Virus record (IMG/VR): IMGVR_UViG_3300007735_000528
Location: 1 to 25,377 of that record
Reading direction: 5' to 3' (one strand)
Source of the DNA: a virus
Lineage: Duplodnaviria > Caudoviricetes
DNA: 25,377 nt
Of this stretch, positions 14,122 to 21,968 are shown piece after piece; the stretch's first letter is position 1, and each line of letters begins with the position of its first letter. The translations under genes were made by a program, and so were the position numbers. The notes under the pieces are model-generated. The model did no database searches, was not told where the DNA came from, and worked only from the letters and a program-made list of their open reading frames with translations.

Positions 14122-16355
14122 ATCATGATTCCTTATTATTCCTCGGGACTTCTTCCGATAAGTCTTTCCTTCCTAAACTTAAGAGTTGTGTCGGATCAGC
14201 TAAGTGTTTCCTCTCCACAGAGCCTATACAAACACTGTTCGAAGTGGAATCTTACTGTAAGAAGCGAGGAATCACAGGAGTTATCACCACATCTCAGACT
14301 CTCTTATCTAAGTTACTGCCTCAATCCGGCGCATCAAAAGCGCCAAGTATTGACAACTATGCAGGCTCACTTTTTACGCGTAATGAGATCGAGTATGTTA
14401 TTGTCCACCCACTGGAACAAACAATCACAGTACCGTATGGAACCTTTCTGCTTAAAAGGTATGTCTCCAAGCTGGTGTATAAAGATAAGTGGCCAGTTGC
14501 CCCTCATTTTAACTGGACTATACTTCGCGAATCTAACGTAGAACATGAATACAATCTTGCCTCTTCTGCCATACTTATGGCTGTGGACATTGAAACATAT
14601 AAAGAAAATCTGGCAATACGATGCGTGGGATTTACTACTCTTAATCTGGTCAATGGGGTTTATGTATCTCGTTCTCTTGTGTTGCCTTTGGATTCTGAGT
14701 TCGCTCTAGCTTGGTGCCAAAAGTTCATTGATCTCCCAGCGCAAAAGATTCTGCAAAATGGTAAGTATGATATTAACTACCTTATGCGTTATGGATTAAT
14801 CCTAAGAAATTATGCATGGGATACAGCAACACTAATGCATTGCTGGTATACAGAACTACCTAAAGACCTTGCCTCGCTCTCATCATTCTTTGTGAGAGAG
14901 TCTATGTACTGGAAAGATTTGGCGGAAACAAATGATCTTGAAACATATTATCTTTATAACGCTAAGGACACGCATCAGACAGCACTCGTTCTTCTGGGAT
15001 GGATCAACGAAGCGCCTGATTGGGCTAGACGTAACTATTGTCTGGAGTTTCCGGTTCTATTCCCATGTATTCAGTCTGAACTTACTGGTATTAAAAGAGA
15101 CTTCGTAGCCCAGGAATCTCAGCGTAAAGTAATCAATCATAACATAGAAAGCAAATATGCTGAACTTAGAACAATGGTTGGGGTACCAAACTTTAATACG
15201 AATTCGCCGCCTCAAGTTAAATCTCTACTTAAAATACTTGGCTGTGGTGATCTGGAATCTACGGATGAAACTGACCTTAAGAAAGCTATTCTCCGACACC
15301 CACTTAATTCGCGCATCCTCAATCGTATTCTTGATATTCGTGGTGATCGTAAGCTTATCTCTACTTATCTACGTACTGACGAAGACATAACTAAGACTTC
15401 TAAGAAAGGTGCAAAAGAACTCGATGGCCGAATCTTATATTCACTTAACCCTCACGGAACTGACACGGGAAGATTGGCAAGTAAAGAGCATCATTTCTGG
15501 TGCGGCCTACAAATCCAAAATATTCCCAGAGGTGACGAAGTTAAATCAACTCTATGTGCCGACCCTGGATTTTATCTCGGTGAGGCAGACCTTGAGCAAG
15601 CTGAGTCCAGAGATACAGCGTATATCACAGGAGATAAGAACCTCATTGCAGCGGTATCAAGTGGACGAGACTTCCATTCAACAAATGCAGCAAGCTTTTT
15701 TGGTGTACCTTACGAAGGCATCTACGATGATCTCGCCGGAAAGACTAAAGATAAAAAGTTACGAGATCTTGCCAAACGAGTTAACCATGGTGCTAACTAT
15801 AACATGGGATGGTCAGTCCTCATTGACACGATGGGGGAGGATAAGATTCGAGAAGCTCAGAAACTTCTGGGTCTGCCTAAGCACTACACACTACGGGAAA
15901 TTGCTGAGCATTTACTTAATGTATTCACTCTTACTTATCCTGATGTTCGGATTGGGTATCAAGATTGGATTAAATTCAAAATTGCAAAAGACAGATTGCT
16001 CTCAGGTGCAACAGGCTGGACAAGGTATTGTTTCGGAGACCCATCTAAAAGCAAGACAGCATTGAATGCATATGTTGCACATTGCCCACAATCTCTCAAT
16101 GCAATCACATTGAATAAAGCTTTCATAGCAGTATTTCTCCAAGTCGCATTACCCAACCCAAGAGATTTCAAACTCCTTGCCCAGATTCACGATTCAATTC
16201 TTTTCCAATACAGAATCGGGCACGAACATTTAGCTGAGAAAGTAAAAGAGCTTATGGAAATCCCAGTCACAATCAAAGACATTAAAGGAATTCAACGAGA
16301 GTTCACAGTGCCAGCAGCTCTCAAATGTGGTAAGAAATACTGGAGTGAACTGTGA
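14118..16355 (+). CDS. polA: Family A DNA polymerase with 3'-5' exonuclease and degenerate UDG-like N-terminal domain
   Basis: Exo I AVDIET, Exo II QNGKYD, Exo III YNAKDT; TDTGRLAS; motif A ADLEQAESR; motif B RDLAKRVNHGANY; motif C QIHDS. Confidence 0.96.
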   Translation: MNHDSLLFLGTSSDKSFLPKLKSCVGSAKCFLSTEPIQTLFEVESYCKKRGITGVITTSQTLLSKLLPQSGASKAPSIDNYAGSLFTRNEIEYVIVHPLEQTITVPYGTFLLKRYVSKLVYKDKWPVAPHFNWTILRESNVEHEYNLASSAILMAVDIETYKENLAIRCVGFTTLNLVNGVYVSRSLVLPLDSEFALAWCQKFIDLPAQKILQNGKYDINYLMRYGLILRNYAWDTATLMHCWYTELPKDLASLSSFFVRESMYWKDLAETNDLETYYLYNAKDTHQTALVLLGWINEAPDWARRNYCLEFPVLFPCIQSELTGIKRDFVAQESQRKVINHNIESKYAELRTMVGVPNFNTNSPPQVKSLLKILGCGDLESTDETDLKKAILRHPLNSRILNRILDIRGDRKLISTYLRTDEDITKTSKKGAKELDGRILYSLNPHGTDTGRLASKEHHFWCGLQIQNIPRGDEVKSTLCADPGFYLGEADLEQAESRDTAYITGDKNLIAAVSSGRDFHSTNAASFFGVPYEGIYDDLAGKTKDKKLRDLAKRVNHGANYNMGWSVLIDTMGEDKIREAQKLLGLPKHYTLREIAEHLLNVFTLTYPDVRIGYQDWIKFKIAKDRLLSGATGWTRYCFGDPSKSKTALNAYVAHCPQSLNAITLNKAFIAVFLQVALPNPRDFKLLAQIHDSILFQYRIGHEHLAEKVKELMEIPVTIKDIKGIQREFTVPAALKCGKKYWSEL

Positions 16356-16615
16356 CAAAATTCCCTAAATCAAATGGTCTACCCACTGGTGTATTCCCAG
16401 GTAAATTAATAGGAACTTACAGAGTAATAGCAAGTAGAAATGGAACAAAGGAGTACATAGGATATTATCACTCGATCGAAGAAGCATCAAAAGCCTACGA
16501 AGAATTTAGATTAGCAAACCCGAAGTGGAAGCCGGGTCCAAAGACTTCCCACTCACCTGCATATATTAGGAATATAAATGAATCTCTCAAGTCAACACCT
16601 TGGAACGGTCTATAG
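16352..16615 (+). CDS. Stand-alone AP2-like DNA-binding domain protein
   Basis: TGV...YRVIASRNGTKEYIGYYHSIEEASKAYEE matches the phage AP2 pattern. Confidence 0.7.
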   Translation: MTKFPKSNGLPTGVFPGKLIGTYRVIASRNGTKEYIGYYHSIEEASKAYEEFRLANPKWKPGPKTSHSPAYIRNINESLKSTPWNGL

Positions 16616-16835
16616 TTTTGATTGCCAATTCGAAGCACTCCCAGATATTTGGGTATCTCTCGATGTTACAATTGAAGCCGCGCTAGAATGTATTAAGACA
16701 GGACTGCTACATAACAAACCAGTCACACGAGTCAAACTATTCTCGATTAGCGCAGACGGTGATTCAGTATCTTTTGTGTACGACATAGTTCAATCTAAAA
16801 CAGGAGGATTCCCATGGTCACTGACCGCCCAATAA
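16578..16835 (+). CDS. Hypothetical protein
   Basis: AGGA RBS; operon context. Confidence 0.6.
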   Translation: MNLSSQHLGTVYSFDCQFEALPDIWVSLDVTIEAALECIKTGLLHNKPVTRVKLFSISADGDSVSFVYDIVQSKTGGFPWSLTAQ

Positions 16836-17029
16836 GTATGCATGAATTTGCAGAGACAGCAAGAGCTCTGCAATCATTCGTATATTTGCAGGTAATCACA
16901 GAGAGAGGTGTTATAGTATCTCGATGTAACCTTGCAGATGTTAAACTACTATTTCAACGCGCTCTCAATACTTGGCCAGATGTACCAAACGAGTTGCTTG
17001 AACTATCCGACAACTTAGACCTACTATAA
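16814..17029 (+). CDS. Hypothetical protein
   Basis: AGGAGG RBS at 16802-16807. Confidence 0.7.
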   Translation: MVTDRPISMHEFAETARALQSFVYLQVITERGVIVSRCNLADVKLLFQRALNTWPDVPNELLELSDNLDLL

Positions 17030-17030
17030 C

Positions 17031-18275
17031 ATGACCTCCAGTTTCTTCAATGACTATCTCTCATACACTTCTGATAGCGAGGTTCCAATCTCCTTTCATC
17101 GGTGGTCTGCCATTGCAGGAATTGGAGCAATTCTCGAACGTAATCTATTTATCCCACATGGTCACTCCCACATCTTTCCTAATCCATACATAATGTTAAT
17201 TGGTACAGCAGGAACACGTAAGTCAACTGCAATAAAATTAATGAAGAGTATTTTAGTTAAGGCAGGGTACAATAGTATTAGTGCAGAGAGAACATCAAAG
17301 GAGAAATTTTTGTTAGACTTGGCGGGTCACGATGATGACGCCCCGCAAGATGATAATATACTTGAACGTAATATTTTTGGAGTAGATAATGAATCAACAC
17401 ACAGGCCAATGTTCATCGGTGCAGACGAAGCCAATGATTTCTTCGGAATTGGAAATCTTGAATTCCTTAGTATCCTCGGTTCGCTCTGGGACTGGAATGG
17501 CGCCCCATATGCTAATCGTATTAAGACAGGTAAATCAGTATCTATACCTAATCCAACTATTACAATACTCGCAGGAAATACTCCAACTGGATTCTCGATT
17601 GCCTTCCCTTCAGACATTCTTGGACAAGGGTTTTTCAGTAGATTACTCCTCGTATATGGCGAACCCAACGGAAAGAAAATCACATTCCCAAGAACACCAG
17701 ACCCAGCAGAAACAGCCAACATTGTCACCTCGTTACAGCGAATCAAATCCTACCACTTCGGACAACTCGACTACACAGACACAGCAAGATACCTCCTCGA
17801 ACACATCTACCAATCCTTCTCACCAATCAGTGACCTCAGATTCGACTCTTACTGCAACAGACGATTTACTCACTTACTTAAACTCTGCATCGTATGCGCT
17901 GCAGGTACTCTATCGAAGGAAATTGACGAGCGCACAGTCATCGAAGCTAACACGTATCTTTCATACATTGAGGGACTTATGCCAAAAGCCCTCGGAGAAT
18001 TTGGAAAGTCAAAAAACTCAGACGTTACCCACAAAATCCTCTCTTACATTGAAGCCAATGATGGAGTAGTATTGAAAGACTTGATCAAACTTGTAAGTGC
18101 AGACCTGGAGAAACCCTCAGACATAGGAGATATTATACGGAAACTATCAATGGCAGATAAGATTCAGAGTGTAGCAGGACTCTTTCTCCCAATGCGGAAA
18201 AAGGGATTAGAGGATAAGACAGGCATGATTGATCTGTCTTACCTAACAATGGAAGAACTAACAGTTAAAGGATAG
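17031..18275 (+). CDS. DUF3987/YfjI-type P-loop ATPase (putative replicative helicase)
   Basis: SEVPISFHRW, LIGTAGTRKSTA, FIGADEA, GQGFFSRLLLV, C-terminal winged-helix-like region. Confidence 0.8.
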   Translation: MTSSFFNDYLSYTSDSEVPISFHRWSAIAGIGAILERNLFIPHGHSHIFPNPYIMLIGTAGTRKSTAIKLMKSILVKAGYNSISAERTSKEKFLLDLAGHDDDAPQDDNILERNIFGVDNESTHRPMFIGADEANDFFGIGNLEFLSILGSLWDWNGAPYANRIKTGKSVSIPNPTITILAGNTPTGFSIAFPSDILGQGFFSRLLLVYGEPNGKKITFPRTPDPAETANIVTSLQRIKSYHFGQLDYTDTARYLLEHIYQSFSPISDLRFDSYCNRRFTHLLKLCIVCAAGTLSKEIDERTVIEANTYLSYIEGLMPKALGEFGKSKNSDVTHKILSYIEANDGVVLKDLIKLVSADLEKPSDIGDIIRKLSMADKIQSVAGLFLPMRKKGLEDKTGMIDLSYLTMEELTVKG

Positions 18276-18280
18276 AAATT

Positions 18281-18733
18281 ATGACACCAACTTACACAGA
18301 TTACCCAGAATTCGTAGCAGCACTACTCAAAGAGATGGGCACACCAACCCTTAATATTCTTCACGCAGCAGTAGGTATATCAGGCGAATCAGGTGAGCTG
18401 CTTGATGCAGTCAAAAAGCATTGGGCATACGGAAAGGAACTTGATATTACAAATGTAATTGAGGAGCTGGGCGACCTAGAATTCTACATGCAAGCAATGC
18501 GGAATCTATTGCAACTTACACGAGAGGAAGTGATTGCAGTTAACATGGCTAAGTTGGCTCAGAGGTATGAAGGGCTGACTTATTCTGATGAAGCTGCAAT
18601 TGCACGAGCAGACAAAGCACACCAAGAGGAGACATTCCATCCCACGGCTGTGGAAGTTAAAGTATGTAAAGTATGTGATGCACGAAACATTAATGCTGAT
18701 TTCTGCTACGACTGTGGGAGTTTTCTAGGATGA
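18281..18733 (+). CDS. MazG-like NTP pyrophosphohydrolase with C-terminal Zn ribbon
   Basis: GISGESGELLDAVKK...EELGDLEFY...NMAKLAQRY; CKVC..CYDC. Confidence 0.88.
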   Translation: MTPTYTDYPEFVAALLKEMGTPTLNILHAAVGISGESGELLDAVKKHWAYGKELDITNVIEELGDLEFYMQAMRNLLQLTREEVIAVNMAKLAQRYEGLTYSDEAAIARADKAHQEETFHPTAVEVKVCKVCDARNINADFCYDCGSFLG

Positions 18734-19302
18734 GCTCAAAACTAATCAATATTGCACTCGACCTGGAAACTCTCTCAACACGGGAGGATGCAGCAATCAT
18801 TCAAATCGGATGTTGCATTCCTAACTTCGATCGTCGCAATGTACCTCTAGGACTCTCATGTGAATTCGAGGCAACAATCAAATATGAAGACTGCTTAAGT
18901 TCTGAATTTCACAAAGATCACGCAACTATGGAATGGTGGGAGAGACAAAATGCACTTGCACGAGCTAACGTGTTCTCTGGACAAGACTCTTATGTGGATG
19001 CTTTTGACCAACTTAAGTTCTGGTTTGATTCTCTACGTAGTGGTGGCGCTGATCTCGCGATATGGGGAAATGGATCAGACTTCGATAATAGGCTTCTATC
19101 ATACTCTCTTGATTCTCTTGGCTATCACAATCTCTGGGACTTCCGTAATAACCGTGATCTTAGAACTCTCAAAGCATTGTTCCCTATTGAGATTATAGCA
19201 GACCCAGTTAATGAAATTAAGCACACAGCATTAGGTGATGCAAGATATGAGGCGAGATTGATGAATACTATTTTTGCTTGTTACGGATTGGAGCAACTCT
19301 AA
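18730..19302 (+). CDS. DEDDh 3'-5' exonuclease (DUF5051/Rv2179c-like)
   Basis: LDLETL, WGNGSDFD, RDLRTL, HTALGDARYE. Confidence 0.88.
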   Translation: MSSKLINIALDLETLSTREDAAIIQIGCCIPNFDRRNVPLGLSCEFEATIKYEDCLSSEFHKDHATMEWWERQNALARANVFSGQDSYVDAFDQLKFWFDSLRSGGADLAIWGNGSDFDNRLLSYSLDSLGYHNLWDFRNNRDLRTLKALFPIEIIADPVNEIKHTALGDARYEARLMNTIFACYGLEQL

Positions 19303-19601
19303 TGTACCATGAATATTTCCCGGAGGAGTTTATTCAACTCCAACTTGAGATAGGCCACCATCCTCTGTTAGTTCAACGCTTACAGAAACATGCAGGATTA
19401 GGTATTGAAGTAATCTTTGCAGAGACTTGCCACTACTGTGGTTATGCAGTCAACGCAGAACTAGATGGTGAACAACTTGCAGCTCTTGCAGATACACTAA
19501 TTGAGAAGCTAAAAGGTATGAGTATCAAAGCTGCAATCGTAGGATTGTCAGATGATTGGACTAAAGAAGCTTGGAAATTTGGAGTAGGAGAAACACCATG
19601 A
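19302..19601 (+). CDS. Hypothetical protein
   Basis: TAATG coupling; GGAG RBS. Confidence 0.75.
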   Translation: MYHEYFPEEFIQLQLEIGHHPLLVQRLQKHAGLGIEVIFAETCHYCGYAVNAELDGEQLAALADTLIEKLKGMSIKAAIVGLSDDWTKEAWKFGVGETP

Positions 19602-19822
19602 CCAACGAAACCATCACAACCCTGCAATCCCAACTGACCGAAGCGCAGGCGAAGGTGCGGGAGTTGGAGAAGGATGCTGCGCGGTGGAAGATGTTGGCTC
19701 ACATGGAATCCGCTAAAGCAGCACCAGAAACACTGCGCGAATACATCGCGCGTCCTGCGTACCTAGATGGAGCGATTGATATTTTTAACAGCAACGCAGC
19801 CCTAGCAAAGGAAACACCATGA
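19598..19822 (+). CDS. Hypothetical protein (coiled coil, EKDAARW motif seen in temperate-phage accessory ORFs)
   Basis: AGGAG RBS, ATGA coupling, GC-richer codons. Confidence 0.75.
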   Translation: MTNETITTLQSQLTEAQAKVRELEKDAARWKMLAHMESAKAAPETLREYIARPAYLDGAIDIFNSNAALAKETP

Positions 19823-20067
19823 GCATAGACCCAAAGCTTTGGACAAAAGAACGACTCACCGAGATATACAACGAGGCGAACAACATCACCACAAAGAACC
19901 CGCCGTTGACAACTGAGCGTATCTTTGCTGCCATGCGACTCGCAGCCGCCCACGGTGCCCAGCAAGTTGCAGTGAGTGAGCCTACGAGCTTACTGATGCC
20001 GCCAACTAAAGCGCCAAATACAAAATTAGCCCCAGCAATCCTTGCTGCACAAAGGAGTAAGAAATGA
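19819..20067 (+). CDS. Hypothetical protein
   Basis: AAGGA RBS, ATGA coupling. Confidence 0.75.
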   Translation: MSIDPKLWTKERLTEIYNEANNITTKNPPLTTERIFAAMRLAAAHGAQQVAVSEPTSLLMPPTKAPNTKLAPAILAAQRSKK

Positions 20068-20483
20068 CTAAACCTCTATTGCCAGAAGGAACGCCCATCT
20101 TAGCGATGGACTCACCAACCTTTGCGGAAGACTTTGCAAATGCAATTGGATTGCAGCCCGGCGAATCAATTGAAATTATGACGCCTCAATTTGAGCGTGT
20201 AGACGGCGTGCAAGTCCCTCAGTCTGTTGACTTCGGCGATTGGGAAAATTTACGCACCAAAGACGATGCCACACTTCGCGCCCTTGGGTTTGGCGTGTGG
20301 AATGAGACAGAAATCGGCAAGCATTGGCTTTTTCCAAAAGAATGGTACGCAATCATTCCTAATGGTTTCAAAGTCACAGACATAAACGGAGAGGACGAGT
20401 CTTTTAAGCGCGGCGTAACTGATGACGATTACCGCTTTGGCTGCTTGTCGTTTGGGTTTATTAAACCAGTGGGAGATGTATGA
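20064..20483 (+). CDS. Hypothetical protein
   Basis: AAGGAG RBS, ATGA coupling. Confidence 0.8.
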   Translation: MTKPLLPEGTPILAMDSPTFAEDFANAIGLQPGESIEIMTPQFERVDGVQVPQSVDFGDWENLRTKDDATLRALGFGVWNETEIGKHWLFPKEWYAIIPNGFKVTDINGEDESFKRGVTDDDYRFGCLSFGFIKPVGDV

Positions 20484-20848
20484 CCAACGAAACCACACCG
20501 CTGCCTGAGCCTTACTGCTATGTATCCGAACACACTACTGATGGCATGTGGCAATGGCAAGTAAGTAAAACGTTGACTGGTGTTTACAAAGATACTGCCA
20601 AGTCGATTGATGCCGTCTACACCGCCGAGCAAGTCACCGATCAACTCGCAGCAGAGCGGGCCAAGTATGCGGCCCTTCTAGCTCAAGCGCAAGAAGCGTT
20701 AGGAAAAGCCGCAAACTCGACTTGCTACAACAGCGAAGATGATGAAGTCGGGACTCGTGCTTGCTGTGGCGTTGTCAGTTATGAAAAGCACGCTAATAAT
20801 TGCAAAACAAATGCAGCCCTCGAAGCCATAGACAAGGAGTTGAAATGA
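20480..20848 (+). CDS. Hypothetical protein (Cys/His-containing C-terminus)
   Basis: GGAG RBS, ATGA coupling. Confidence 0.75.
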   Translation: MTNETTPLPEPYCYVSEHTTDGMWQWQVSKTLTGVYKDTAKSIDAVYTAEQVTDQLAAERAKYAALLAQAQEALGKAANSTCYNSEDDEVGTRACCGVVSYEKHANNCKTNAALEAIDKELK

Positions 20849-21027
20849 AATCAACAGTAGGACAAGTAAAATCTTTTGAAATTGTAACACAACTTAGTAG
20901 TAGAGAGTTTGATCTTCTAGTACTTATGTTGCGCAATATTAGAGCTGATATGCCTATAACAGCTGACCAACGCGACCTTGCCGAAGCTTGGCTACTCACA
21001 ATGGAGATACCACCAGTAGTGAGATAA
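20845..21027 (+). CDS. Hypothetical protein
   Basis: AAGGAG RBS before MKSTVG, ATGA coupling. Confidence 0.7.
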   Translation: MKSTVGQVKSFEIVTQLSSREFDLLVLMLRNIRADMPITADQRDLAEAWLLTMEIPPVVR

Positions 21028-21037
21028 AATTAATTGA

Positions 21038-21079
21038 CAAAAGAAAGCCCACATTCCAACTAGGGTCTGTGGGCTTTTT
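21038..21079. terminator. Bidirectional rho-independent terminator
   Basis: AAAAGAAAGCCCACA...TGTGGGCTTTTT between convergent gene blocks. Confidence 0.85.
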
Positions 21080-21110
21080 CACGCCTGCAAATTAACCAAC
21101 TCTATCAACT

Positions 21111-21968
21111 CTACTGTGCACTTTGCAAATCCTCTAACGTACCTCCCATAAGTGTTTTCATTCTCTCAGCATATGGGCCTTTTAATGTAGCCATAATCTG
21201 ATTAGCTTTAGGGGTATTAGTCCTTGTGATTATATTAAGCACATTCTTATTGAAGTCCTGGGCCTGACCTCCATTATGTACATAAGCATCTAAATAATTA
21301 TGTACAGCCTCTGGACTTACATCAGCATCTGGACCAATCACATGAGTTTTAAATCTCTCAGATGCAGACTTCATCCTAGCTCTATCAGCGGCCTTATATA
21401 CAATTGCCCTAGAAACTTCATCATTCGCAATTGCTTCATCTAAAGGTTTACCTCCAGCAAGTCGAGACATTGTTGATAGAGACATAAAGTCGTTCACAAA
21501 ACTAATATCACCTTGTGAAGTTGTGGAATAAACCTTACCACCATTAACTGCCTGCAATGTTTGAGCAAGACCAGCAAGAGGGCGAGACAAAGTGTTATGC
21601 TCTAAACCCTGCAGAACTGATTGCCACACATCACCCCCACCTGCTATCTTACCTACAGTCTCTTTAATATTACCGGCGAATTTAGCAAACGCAGACACTG
21701 CAACAATGTCAGCAGGATTCGTAGGAATCACAGTCAGAGTTCTTGGGTTAATATCACCTCTCGAATAGATGTTGGTTTGGAGCATGTTAGATGGAATACC
21801 ATACATTAACCAATCACCAGCAGTCTGACCTGCCGCACCGTACAGAGTAGAGTATGCATCTCTGTGATTAGGATTACCAGATGCGGTACCTATAATGTGT
21901 TGATTAATGAACTGGAACCCAGGCAGACCATTCAGACCATACATAGTTCCTTGCAGTCCCATCATCAT
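21111..21968 (-). CDS. C-terminal part of large internal virion/ejection protein (after apparent frameshift)
   Basis: 285-aa ORF whose frame extends upstream as SEGGAKDAA-MMMGLQG; composition similar to the upstream ORF. Confidence 0.75.
   Translation of the reverse strand: MMMGLQGTMYGLNGLPGFQFINQHIIGTASGNPNHRDAYSTLYGAAGQTAGDWLMYGIPSNMLQTNIYSRGDINPRTLTVIPTNPADIVAVSAFAKFAGNIKETVGKIAGGGDVWQSVLQGLEHNTLSRPLAGLAQTLQAVNGGKVYSTTSQGDISFVNDFMSLSTMSRLAGGKPLDEAIANDEVSRAIVYKAADRARMKSASERFKTHVIGPDADVSPEAVHNYLDAYVHNGGQAQDFNKNVLNIITRTNTPKANQIMATLKGPYAERMKTLMGGTLEDLQSAQ

Noticed and set aside
15409-16065. 218-aa alternate-frame ORF inside polA
   Set aside because: No motif; explained by codon bias of the overlapping gene.
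17389-18069. 226-aa alternate-frame ORF inside the DUF3987 gene
   Set aside because: Ser/Thr/Gln-rich product expected from the A/C-rich strand; no RBS.
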